Below are positions 1 to 8,791 of a stretch of DNA of 24,896 bases, in pieces (the first letter of the stretch is position 1; the number at the start of each line of letters is the position of its first letter). The notes beneath the pieces are model-generated. The model was not told where the DNA came from, did no database searches, and saw nothing but the letters and a program-made list of their open reading frames with translations. Location: NCBI GenBank assembly GCA_002794465.1, contig MTSL01000020.1:1-24896 (forward strand). The letters are read 5' to 3'. Both the position numbers and the translations under genes were made by a program. Source of the DNA: Paramicrosporidium saccamoebae KSL3. Its lineage: Eukaryota; Fungi; Cryptomycota.

Positions 1-187
1 TGTTTGTGCGCTTGCGCTTATTATCAGCCTTCTTGAAATACTTTCCACGTGGACTCAGAGTGTTGCAGTTGTTGCAGGCCGGCTTCTTGCACTCCTCGAT
101 CGGAGCAGCGCCAAAGATGTGGGGGAGACTGAGAGCGCTTACGCTGCTGATCAGGACAAAGCTCAAAAACTTGTTAGAGATGAACAT
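1..187 (-). CDS. Secreted Cys/Lys-rich orphan protein (runs off the window start; 3'-partial)
   Basis: Not in the ORF track; translated by hand from ATG at 187: MFISNKFLSFVLISSVSALSLPHIFGAAPIEECKKPACNNCNTLSPRGKYFKKADNKRKRTN..., open to the window edge. Signal-peptide-like N-terminus; TATAAA on the minus strand at 246-241. Confidence 0.7.
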   Translation of the reverse strand, partial: MFISNKFLSFVLISSVSALSLPHIFGAAPIEECKKPACNNCNTLSPRGKYFKKADNKRKRTN

Positions 188-324
188 TTTCAACTGCTTA
201 GTCACGCTTTCGCGATACTCAACACGCACTTTGCGGCCTCTTTATAGTTGTCAAGACACATGAACTAATCAGGAAAATCTATTCAAATCAAAATTACAGT
301 GCTAATACCATAGATGTTGCATAT

Positions 325-2892
325 TTAGTTAGAGTGTTCCAATACATTCACAAAAGATTCAAATACAGTGTTGAACGGATGGCTCCACCATTTGGGATCT
401 TTTCTAAAAACTGACCATCTGGGCCCACCCTTTGGCTTTGCGGTCGCAATCCTCTCGAACAGCGAATCTATTTCATCCGGACAATGTCGGCGGTTAAATA
501 TTAAATAGCGAGCCCAGGCATCACCAATGTTAGGATCCGCTGCAGCGGCGCGTTCATAGTACTCACGAGCCGATGGCAGGTTCCTCTCCAGCTCCATGAG
601 CTGAGCAACGGCTGAGAATACAAGCGCATCATTTCCACAGCGTCTTATTGCTTCCATTGCCTTTGCCTTTCGAAGGGGTCGTGGCTCTATAGAAATGGCC
701 GTGAACCATAGAATGCTGTCAGTGGGACATTTATGCAGACCGCGCGTAAGAAGAGATCGCGCCTGCGGGAGTGATTCCAGTTGAAGCTCCAATTCCACCG
801 AGGCCATCCAAAGCGCAGCAGAATCTGGAAGCATTTGGCGTCCACGCTCCAGGATTGCACGGGCCCTCATCTGCTGGGTGGCGGCAAGATGATTGGCGCA
901 CTCCTTTAAGATTGATGGAGATTGAGGACATGCGACAAGAGCACGCTCCCATTGACTAGAGTCCAATTGGCACGACAGCAACCACAGGAGGTCGGATTTG
1001 GGAAATATGGACAAGCCGGCTTGAAGAGTCTTGATTGCAGCATCCGGCTGGCCTAGACGGAGTTCCAGCTTGGCACGCTTCCTGAATAGGGTCTCGGACT
1101 GAATAACATTGGATGCCGCATCCAGAATATTCTTTGCAGTCTGTAAATCTCCACCGTCGACATGGAATTTGGCTGCATGGACCCACAACTCTTCCGATTG
1201 TGGATTTACAGCAATCGCCCTCTTTAAGATAGAATCATCACCAGTGGCGTTTGAATATAAAGTCCATAATTTTACAGAGCTAGGACAGGCAGAGAGTGCA
1301 GCCTCATATAATGAAGAAATCTCCTGTGTGTTGGCTGAGACATTAATCAATCTTATCCACATGTCGTCTCTCTCAGGGTGTTGTGCAGTGGCAATTTTCA
1401 GAAGCGTCCTTGAAACATGCTGAGCACCTTCTGCAAGAGCAGCTTCTGATTCTAATGCCAGGACCTGAGCGCTGTCATTTGCAGAATCGCTCTGCTCGCG
1501 TTTCCAAATTTCTTGAACAATTGCTTCTGCACAGAGCACATCTCCGCCATGTTCACAATTAATCGCCTCACGCATCCAATCACTTTGACTAAGGGCTGCA
1601 CTTTGTTGTGAGAGTTCTGATACGGCACGAGCGACGATTTTTTGAACAATTCCACCTTCATTCCCATGCGCTTCTTCGAGTCGAGCGGCTGCCATCCAGA
1701 CCATCAGGCTATTTGGATTCAGTTGTCGGGCTTTGTTTAGAATCTTTTGCGCATTTTCACGACTTTCGAGTCTGGCAAATGCAATCCAAAGCTCAGAGCT
1801 CTGTGGACAGACCTCCACCGCCTTTGATAATAGTACACGAGCATCTTCCGAATCCTCTTCGCGTTCGACCAAAGCCTTCCAGAGATCTATCGATTCTATA
1901 TTCGCTTCAAGGCCCTTTCGCAGAACCTTTTTGGCTTGAGCAGCGTCCTTTTCCATATTCGCCGCCCGAATCCACAGTTGAGGCGATTGTGGCAAATGCT
2001 GAAGAGCACGAGCCAGTATGATAGGCGATTCATTCGATGGGGAGATACGGACCGCGTCTACCCAGATATCTTCACTATCCGGACACGCCTCTAGTGCTTC
2101 AGCTAGCACAGCCCTAGCTTGTTTCATATTTCCTGCAACTTCCTCAACCCTCGCAGCGGCAATCCAAGCCGCTGAATTGAGCGGATTTGTATTTACGGCG
2201 CTTCGAAGCAATGCTCTTGCTCTCTTTATGTCATTGACCTGTCCACTCGCCGTTGTTTGCTCCTCTAAGCCTGCCAGATATCCAGCTGGATCAATGCTTG
2301 CCTGTGTTCCAACACCTTCCGCCATGTCAAGACGTGCTCCAAGGACTCTCTCACGGGCTTCGCCTACTGTGCGAAAGTCTGGGTCGTCGTCCAGTGTCTT
2401 CATGGTACTTCCTACCAAGACAGAATCTGGCACCGGCGTGTATCGCTCCTTTTCATTCGACTTTTTCGCCCGCTTGGCAATAAAGTCTCCTGATTCTGGC
2501 AAGTGTGCCCATTCATCCGCTGTAACCTGGCGAAGCTTGAGCTTTTCAGCAGCAAACAGCATGGCTGGGTCATTGTTATTGACCACCTTTTTCTGCACTA
2601 TGGTCTTTCTATTTCCGCGTCTTTCACGCATCTTGGCTTCAATCTCTGCAAAAATAAAGTCTGCCTCTTCATCATCCGCTCCCAGCGGTCCCTGTGCAGC
2701 GAGTAATCCTTCTTCGTTCTCGGCCTCGTCGGGACGATCCTCGGCAGTGGGCGCTACTGCCGCCACTGCAACAGAGCTCCCTGGGCCAAGGTCAGGCCGA
2801 GTTACAAAGCCTTGGGCACCACGACCAGCACCAGCAACATAACCTGCGGGCGCGGCCTTTCCGAGAAAGTCCTTGACGCTTCGACCAGTCAT
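325..2892 (-). CDS. PRP6: Pre-mRNA splicing factor Prp6 (U5-102K), about 855 aa
   Basis: N-terminal PRP6 motif FLGKAAPAGYVAGAGRGAQGFVTR, then WAHLPESGD and YTPVPDS, followed by many HAT/TPR repeats. First ATG is at 2892 (the track begins at an upstream TTG). Confidence 0.96.
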   Translation of the reverse strand: MTGRSVKDFLGKAAPAGYVAGAGRGAQGFVTRPDLGPGSSVAVAAVAPTAEDRPDEAENEEGLLAAQGPLGADDEEADFIFAEIEAKMRERRGNRKTIVQKKVVNNNDPAMLFAAEKLKLRQVTADEWAHLPESGDFIAKRAKKSNEKERYTPVPDSVLVGSTMKTLDDDPDFRTVGEARERVLGARLDMAEGVGTQASIDPAGYLAGLEEQTTASGQVNDIKRARALLRSAVNTNPLNSAAWIAAARVEEVAGNMKQARAVLAEALEACPDSEDIWVDAVRISPSNESPIILARALQHLPQSPQLWIRAANMEKDAAQAKKVLRKGLEANIESIDLWKALVEREEDSEDARVLLSKAVEVCPQSSELWIAFARLESRENAQKILNKARQLNPNSLMVWMAAARLEEAHGNEGGIVQKIVARAVSELSQQSAALSQSDWMREAINCEHGGDVLCAEAIVQEIWKREQSDSANDSAQVLALESEAALAEGAQHVSRTLLKIATAQHPERDDMWIRLINVSANTQEISSLYEAALSACPSSVKLWTLYSNATGDDSILKRAIAVNPQSEELWVHAAKFHVDGGDLQTAKNILDAASNVIQSETLFRKRAKLELRLGQPDAAIKTLQAGLSIFPKSDLLWLLSCQLDSSQWERALVACPQSPSILKECANHLAATQQMRARAILERGRQMLPDSAALWMASVELELQLESLPQARSLLTRGLHKCPTDSILWFTAISIEPRPLRKAKAMEAIRRCGNDALVFSAVAQLMELERNLPSAREYYERAAAADPNIGDAWARYLIFNRRHCPDEIDSLFERIATAKPKGGPRWSVFRKDPKWWSHPFNTVFESFVNVLEHSN

Positions 2893-2906
2893 TTCAAGGG
2901 ATTCTT

Positions 2907-2912
2907 CCCTGG
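2907..2912. promoter_or_regulatory. CCCTGG start-proximal motif (PRP6)
   Basis: 14 nt upstream of the PRP6 ATG; same hexamer recurs near other housekeeping starts. Confidence 0.4.
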
Positions 2913-3008
2913 TTGCCAAATGAGGATTGCCTGATCAATACCGTTTGAAAGTTTACGTCCTGCATACTAGGATTCGGCAAAGTTGGAGAAGCCATTAAAG
3001 ATTGGGCT

Positions 3009-3092
3009 TACAGTGACGGCCTGTGATTTAACAATTCTCAACATTATGTCTACAGTGACAGCTCGCAATTTAGCAATCCTCAACATTATTGA
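3009..3092. repeat. Degenerate 42-bp tandem duplication (2 copies)
   Basis: 3009-3050 vs 3051-3092: 32/42 identical; the 7 mismatches in the first 39 positions are all transitions. Confidence 0.8.
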
Positions 3093-3313
3093 TGTACAAC
3101 CCAACCCAACTCAACACCAAGACAGACTATTTGCTTCAAAACTATTTTGATCAATCCTGTGATCTGAACTGGTATTACACACAATATGGTGCTGAGCAAG
3201 AATGTAAATTTTCGAGTAAGAAAGATTAGATTAATATATTAAACCCTTTCTTGGGTTTTTACTATAGGTACAGACCCCACACCAAGATGTTATCCGGAGT
3301 TTATCTCGTCCAT

Positions 3314-3319
3314 CCCTGG
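3314..3319. promoter_or_regulatory. CCCTGG start-proximal motif (FYV7-like gene)
   Basis: 16 nt upstream of ATG 3336. Confidence 0.4.
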
Positions 3320-3335
3320 ACAAGCCCGCCCAACC

Positions 3336-3785
3336 ATGGGGAAGCGAATTTTTGACCCTACCACAGTAGCAGCTCGCAGACTTGAATCTGAAAAGAAGCA
3401 AGCACACCGTATCCGTCTCAAGAAGCAGCTTGAGCGGGCCCACAAGAAGCTGGCGGCGGCCTCCACACCCTCCCCCGCTCTAGTACCCGCCATTGAGGAG
3501 GCCGTCTTGCATCTTGATGTACCCACACCCCGAGCCACCTCTGGACCAAACCGACCCAACCCCGCACAACGGGCACTAACGAAACGCGAAGAGCGTCTCA
3601 GTGTGATGCGAGAGGAGGCCGAGGAGAGGGACCGAGAAATTAAGAAAAAGGAGAGGGCACAGAACAGACAGCGGTTTTTGCGGGAGAGAACGCATCGAAA
3701 GTTGACGGCGACAACAAAAAAAGGCCAGCCGAGGCTTGGAAAGCATATTGATGTGCTGTTAGAAAGAATACAGAAAGGAAAATAA
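3336..3785 (+). CDS. FYV7: FYV7/TAP26(CCDC59)-like rRNA-processing protein, 149 aa
   Basis: Basic coiled-coil with C-terminal KLTATTKKGQPRLGKHIDVLLERIQK, matching the recalled family signature T-x-KGQP-x-M/L...LLEKI. Confidence 0.75.
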   Translation: MGKRIFDPTTVAARRLESEKKQAHRIRLKKQLERAHKKLAAASTPSPALVPAIEEAVLHLDVPTPRATSGPNRPNPAQRALTKREERLSVMREEAEERDREIKKKERAQNRQRFLRERTHRKLTATTKKGQPRLGKHIDVLLERIQKGK

Positions 3786-3786
3786 A
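3781..3786 (+). terminator. AATAAA polyadenylation signal overlapping the stop codon
   Basis: The TAA stop of the FYV7-like gene lies inside AATAAA; the same arrangement occurs at 14280-14285, and other AATAAA sites lie within about 50 nt after the PEX12, IWS1, RPS14 and importin stops. Confidence 0.55.
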
Positions 3787-3837
3787 GTGTGTTGATTGGT
3801 GGGCGGGATTGTTTGCGCTAACAGAGCGTGTTCGGTG

Positions 3838-5411
3838 ATGCCTGGGATAGTGCGTGCAGCGACCATCGATGCTGTCGGATTAGTGAGAGAGGAGAACGAT
3901 GGAGAAGAGGAGTATGATGTGGAGGACATTCTGAGTGCTTATCGATATGACACGGCAAAGCCGGCTGCTGTCCATTCCTATGACGATTTAGTTATGGCTA
4001 TCAATTCCCAAAAGACTACCGTCTTCAAGCCGCATGAGCCACCAAAGGCTGGCAAGTTGCGTAGATTCTTTTCAAAGTTGAATTTGCGAGCATCTGGTAA
4101 GATGGCTGATGAAATTTTGAGTAAATAGATTGGATGTTTGGCAAGAGGAAGGCAAAGCCAGAGGCGTCAGACAATGCGCTTGAAGGCGCACCGGAAGGGG
4201 ACACGCATATAATAGGCTTGCCTGAGAATTGTGCTCATAATATTCATGTTACATGCGATGAACAGTCGCATGAACTCAAGGTAGCATTTATTCTATGGTT
4301 CTAAGAAACACAGGGACTCCCTGATGAATGGAAAACATTGCTGGATACTTCAGGCATCACAGCTGTAGAGGTTGCAGAAAGACCAGATGCCATATTGGAT
4401 GTCTTGCATTTATACCATGAAATTAACCAGCCTGTAATTGAGGAGGTCGATACGGAACGATTTACCCTGAATCCACCAATGACAGAAATGACTGCGAGAA
4501 GCTCTTCGGTGGGGCAATCGCTCCGTAAGACATCAGTGGAGCTTGCCAGTGTAATGAGCCAGCTTGAAGAATCTTGCAAGTGTGCAGATCCCCGCCTAAC
4601 ATACTCAGAGTTTAAAAAGATTGGACAGGGTGCCTCGGGCGGTGTATTTCGGGCCAAAGATCTTGCCACAGGCCAGTTTGTTGCTCTAAAACAGATCAAC
4701 TTGCGACAACAGCCTCGGAAGGACATGATCATAAGTGAACTGAATGTGCTTCGAACCGTGCAACACGATAATATTGTGAGATTTATTGACAGTTTTTTGT
4801 GGGAAGAAGATTTGTGGACCGTCATGGAATACATGGAGGGAGGCAGTCTGACCCAAATTGTGACGGCGGTCTACATGACAGAGACGCAAATTGCCACAAT
4901 CTTGCGAGAAGTGCTCCGCGGGCTCGTTCATCTCCATTCCTCAAACATTATCCATCGAGACATCAAGAGCGACAATGTCCTTTTAACACCATCCGGTGCG
5001 GTAAAACTGACCGACTTTGGCTTCTCTGCCGTCACTAATGCCGCAAACACACGCTGCAGCATGGTAGGCACGCCATACTGGATGGCACCTGAGGTGGTTG
5101 CGCGTCGTCCTTATGGAGTGGGAATCGACATATGGTCATTGGGCATTATGTTGATCGAGATGGTGGATGGGGAGCCACCGTATCTTAATGAAAATCCTAT
5201 TAGGGCGCTCTACTTGATCGCAACCAATGGAACGCCGCAGTTACAACAGAGCGAAAAGGCGTCAGGAGGACTGAAGGACTTTTTGCTAGAGTGTCTACAG
5301 ACTGATCCTGAACTGAGGCCAGACGCCCAGCAGCTCTTGAAGCATCCGTTTTTGCTGAAAGCCACCGACCACGCGTGTCTGGTGTCTGCAGTGGAGGCTG
5401 CAAAGAATTAG
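3838..5411 (+). CDS. STE20: Ste20/PAK-family Ser/Thr kinase, join(3838..4096,4129..4280,4314..5411), 502 aa
   Basis: Kinase motifs GQGASG, VALK, HRDIKSDN, DFG, GTPYWMAPE. Two tiny introns join track ORFs 3796.. and 4338.. and restore a CRIB/autoinhibitory segment IGLPENCAHNIHVTCD...GLPDEWKTLLDTSGIT...PDAILDVLHLY. No PH domain seen. Confidence 0.9.
4097..4128 (+). other. Spliceosomal intron, 32 nt
   Basis: GTAAGA...TAG; removal joins the upstream exon in frame to the CRIB exon. Confidence 0.75.
4281..4313 (+). other. Spliceosomal intron, 33 nt
   Basis: GTAGCA...CTAAG...CAG with an in-frame TAA; removal restores the CRIB region (ELK|GLPDEW). Confidence 0.9.
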
Positions 5412-5440
5412 CACATGCACATAGGAGGAGACAGGTCAAT

Positions 5441-6436
5441 TTAGTGAATAAAACGAAGGAGCATCCCGTCAAAGCCGACGAGGACACGTCCTGGAATGTA
5501 TTTGAGCTTTCCGATCACACCATCAGTAATCTCAATGCCGCGTTCCTTGTCAAGACGATGTTGGAATCCGTAATAGTCGATCCGATGGGACATGCCCACC
5601 AACACGCTGGTCTTTGGATCTAGTTCCTTAATAAATGGTTCGGTTTGCGGCCAGCAGTAGTGGCTCAAATAGCTCTTGTTTTCCAAGAGACAATCAACAA
5701 TCAACACTTCAGTTGGCGATCCCATTACGAGCTGCTGGGACTCCTTTGGGACGCCACTAATGTCGGAAAAGTAAGACAGTCCGCCAACACGGAAGCCGTT
5801 GGCAAAATAGTCCTTTCCATCAGAATGACAGCCATGCAACAGCCTGACCGGCATTACCTCCAGCTCGCCAATTGTGGCCAAGACGCCCGACTCGATAGTA
5901 TGGAACATGAGTGCTGGCACCTCCCCTCCTCCTGTTGCCAGCCTCCGATCTACCAAATACGGAAAAGCCTTCTTAACCACCTCAAATGTATCTGCATCAC
6001 AATATACATTGACCGTTTCCTGGATCGAGGGAAAATGTCCCGCCCAATGCCGCAAGTCATCCAGTCCCAGAATGGCATCCGCATGACCGTGGGTGAGCAA
6101 AACACCATCCAAGACTCGAACGCCTGCACGAAGCATCCGCTCCGTGTTGGTGTAAAAAGTTTTGCCACAGTCAATAAGAATGCTGTGGAGGGTGCCGTCG
6201 CTGTGTCGATATCGAAGCACAGCCGAGGGATTTGTGCGACGGTTCCTTGTCGCTCCAGTGAGATGAGCCGGTGGTCCGCCATGCTTCCTGGTGTACTCTG
6301 CCGAACGTTCGAGTCTACCCGCTGCATCAAGACATACTTTGCACGCTGCATCACTGTCCATGGCAAGACACGCCACACTTGGTACACTGGAGGAGGTGCC
6401 TGCACCCACCAACAGCAATTCCTCCACAACTCCCAT
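5441..6436 (-). CDS. Metallo-beta-lactamase-fold hydrolase (PhnP-like; fungal/plant HxHADA subfamily)
   Basis: LLLVGAGTSSSVP, CxxC (CKVC), RRTNPS, ILIDCGKTF, THGHADAILGLDDLR, YFSD, GMSH, GFDGM. Start placed at ATG 6436 because the upstream track extension overlaps PEX12; 6484 is an alternative. Confidence 0.88.
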   Translation of the reverse strand: MGVVEELLLVGAGTSSSVPSVACLAMDSDAACKVCLDAAGRLERSAEYTRKHGGPPAHLTGATRNRRTNPSAVLRYRHSDGTLHSILIDCGKTFYTNTERMLRAGVRVLDGVLLTHGHADAILGLDDLRHWAGHFPSIQETVNVYCDADTFEVVKKAFPYLVDRRLATGGGEVPALMFHTIESGVLATIGELEVMPVRLLHGCHSDGKDYFANGFRVGGLSYFSDISGVPKESQQLVMGSPTEVLIVDCLLENKSYLSHYCWPQTEPFIKELDPKTSVLVGMSHRIDYYGFQHRLDKERGIEITDGVIGKLKYIPGRVLVGFDGMLLRFIH

Positions 6437-6540
6437 TGTACTTGTTGGAATGTCGACAATGTCAATATCTGGAATGCCCTCCATCGGCCGTATTATCACT
6501 TCGGTTCGTCCCATTTGGGTTGGCATCCTGGTCGGGTGCC

Positions 6541-7499
6541 ATGGAACACGCCTTTCAGTTTGGCGGTCATGGCAGGGCGGTGGATAAGCCGAATATTTTT
6601 GATGTTTCAGCACAAGAGTCCACCAAGGCACTGCTACGACCGGCTTTGCTGCAATTGTATCATGTAAAGATACGTGGTCCACATGAATTATAGTTTGCGG
6701 AACGCAGGTTCCCCTCGAGACGTTTAGCTGTGATGGGTCAGCACTTCGAGGAGCTGTATTTGTTGCTTAATGTGTTGGTGGAGTCAGTGTCGTTGAAAAG
6801 GACCGCAGGGACACTGAGTGAAACGTATTTTGATATTGAGAGAATCGGAGTGAACGGCAAACTGACTCGTCTACAATTGCTGTTCTCGCTATTTGAGACT
6901 GTAATAGGACCATCATATTGCTAAAATTGTAGTGTATTGTTCCATATCTGATTCAGAAGTTAAGGACACATCTTGAAAAGCTCGGGACCAAATCCAAGCT
7001 ATCCTTTTGGGAATGCCGTACCATGAAAATTGGCCCCCTTATTCATGCAATGTACCAAGCAGCTAATTTTGCACTCAAGATGCTCTACATGTTTACCGAC
7101 AGTGCCAGTCCCTCGCTGATAATGTACATGGCTGGGATCCGCTACAATCGACGTGCAGGAACACTGGGTCTATTGACACCGTTGGCTACAGTCATATACG
7201 GCCTGAGGTTTATACAGTGGTGGCAGGAGCAGGGCATTGAAGCACTAAATAGCCGTAATTCTGTGCCAACGGCTCCCACCGATTTTCCCACCGCTGACAG
7301 GTTGTTTGGATTGCCAGAAATCCCCGGAAAGTGTTCTATTTGTAAAAATGTTCCCACAAGACCTGCGGCACTGAGCACTGGCAGAATTTACTGTGAATCG
7401 TGTCTTGGAGATAGTCCATCCTACAAAGAGTCTTACAAATGTCCTGTCACTCTTGAGACTGTAAAAGGATACCGTCTAATATTCCTCGACGAATCATGA
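6541..7499 (+). CDS. PEX12: Peroxin 12, join(6541..6663,6694..6900,6933..7499), 298 aa
   Basis: N-terminal KPNIFDVSAQESTKALLRPAL, FEELYLLLNVLVE, LSETYFDIER, VPYLIQKL, LRFIQWW; C-terminal degenerate RING CSIC...STGRIYCESC...CPVT. Two tiny introns join three track ORF fragments in frame. Confidence 0.88.
6664..6693 (+). other. Spliceosomal intron, 30 nt
   Basis: GTAAAG...TAG; the acceptor TAG is an in-frame stop if the intron is retained. Confidence 0.8.
6901..6932 (+). other. Spliceosomal intron, 32 nt
   Basis: GTAATA...GCTAAA...TAG; removal links to the VPYL exon in frame. Confidence 0.85.
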
Positions 7500-7592
7500 A
7501 AGGTTTTAAGGGGCCGTGAATTATTCCTCGTTGGGTAATAAATCAGCTCATTCGCTTCCAGCTCTCACCCCATAGACTCCACTTCATAGGCC

Positions 7593-7805
7593 TCACTCCA
7601 CGGACCACAGACCAAACTGTCCGTCATCAGGGACGATTTCGTAATGGCCATTAACCAATTTATATCGATAATCCTTTGAGTGCTCATCCCGTCTTCTAGG
7701 CGACACGTACGCCGGAACCGTCTCTTGGGGAACATAGCCTGGCCTCACTCTAGTCTCCTTCCTTATAGTACCATCAGCACGCCGGGATTGACCTTTGTCA
7801 CTCAT
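7593..7805 (-). CDS. PYM1: Minimal PYM/WIBG (Mago-Y14 binding) protein, 70 aa
   Basis: SRRADGTIRKETRVRPGYVPQETVPAY matches the Mago-binding motif (QRPDGTWRKxxRVKxGYVPQEEVPxY). Confidence 0.8.
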   Translation of the reverse strand: MSDKGQSRRADGTIRKETRVRPGYVPQETVPAYVSPRRRDEHSKDYRYKLVNGHYEIVPDDGQFGLWSVE

Positions 7806-7823
7806 CTCACCCAGGGTGGAAGG
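7806..7823. promoter_or_regulatory. 18-bp head-to-head spacer with CACCC-A-GGGTG dyad
   Basis: Only 18 nt separate the PYM ATG (minus, 7805) and IWS1 ATG (plus, 7824); inverted repeat at 7808-7818. Confidence 0.55.
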
Positions 7824-8697
7824 ATGAGCAGTGACGAGGATACCCCAAATGCCTTGGAGGAGGAGATATTTGGTTCTTCCACATCCTCAGACGTTGAAGA
7901 GACAGAGATGCCTAGTGAAAATAACAGTGACGAAGAAGCCTCTTCTACCCGTAAAATGGCCTTGGCTTTGAAAACTAATATTTGCAGGACGGAGGTCTGG
8001 CTCCAAGAAGAAGAGTGTCAAAAGCGAGCTAGTCTCGGAACGCGTACTGGAGGCGCGTCGTGATTTTGAAAAGGCACTGGGACGTGTCAAGTCGCAGGGA
8101 AACCGTCGACGTCCCCTTTACGACAGCGATCCGGTGGATTTGGACGACATTGGCAGTGAGTTCCGGAGGCGGATGGAGAATGCAGCGATTTTAGACCAAG
8201 AGAGTGTGGAAGAGGGAAAGCCGGCCTTGGCTAAACACAAAATGCTTCCCGAGGTAGTCGAGATGCTCAACAAAAAACATATGCACGAAATTTTGCTGGA
8301 TTGTGGGATATTAGGTGCAGTAAAGCTGTGGTTGGAGCCGCTACCAAACAGGAGTTTGCCGGCCATTCATTTGCGGAAAACGCTTCTAGAGCTGCTACGA
8401 AACTTGCCCATTGAGACGGACCATTTGCGCGACAGTCAGGTGGGCCGTATTGTCATGTTCTTTGCCCGTCGTCCCCACGAATCACCCGATATTCAGCGTC
8501 TGGCCAAGGAATTAGTTGCTCGTTGGTCACGTCCGCTAATTGGCGATCATAGTGTGGCAGACACGCCACGGGAGGCTCCGTCAATGCAGTCAGAGGCATT
8601 CAGGGAGGTGGTGGGTCGGTCCGAAGGGGGCCTGAGCGCACAACATCGGAAACTGGCGATGCGGATGCAGAAAAAGGCGAGATCCAAGAAGGTTTAA
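7824..8697 (+). CDS. IWS1: Transcription elongation factor Iws1/Spn1, join(7824..7950,7988..8697), 278 aa
   Basis: Acidic N-terminus; GKPALAKHKMLPEV, LLDCGILGAVKLWLEPLPNRSLP, HLRDSQVGRIVMFF, KELVARWSRPL (TFIIS-N-like domain). A 37-nt intron joins the exons. Confidence 0.92.
7951..7987 (+). other. Spliceosomal intron, 37 nt
   Basis: GTAAAA...ACTAAT (branch)...CAG; restores the frame into the IWS1 ORF. Confidence 0.85.
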
Positions 8698-8758
8698 TAT
8701 AAATAAAAGCACAGACATTGAGTTGATGGGCGTGGATTTGGACATGGCACCAAAGCGG

Positions 8759-8765
8759 TATATAA
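8759..8765 (+). promoter_or_regulatory. TATA box (GG-TATATAA)
   Basis: 26 nt upstream of ATG 8792. Confidence 0.55.
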
Positions 8766-8791
8766 GCACGGCTGTGCCATGACAGTGTAAG

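Noticed and set aside
6-263. 85-aa plus-strand ORF
   Set aside because: GTG start with no recognisable features; antisense to a more convincing signal-peptide ORF.
2018-2842. 274-aa plus-strand ORF (and other long ORFs opposite PRP6)
   Set aside because: Antisense shadow of PRP6.
3796-4128. Separate 110-aa gene
   Set aside because: Better explained as exon 1 of the PAK kinase via a 32-nt intron.
6073-6102. HxHxDA instead of HxHxDH as an inactivated MBL
   Set aside because: This variant is, from recall, typical of the fungal/plant PhnP-like subfamily, so it is not evidence of pseudogenisation.
5645-6667. 340-aa plus-strand ORF
   Set aside because: Antisense shadow of the MBL hydrolase; no motifs.
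8779-8790. uORF ATG-ACA-GTG-TAA before the KKPC gene
   Set aside because: Only 13 nt after the TATA box, so probably upstream of the TSS.
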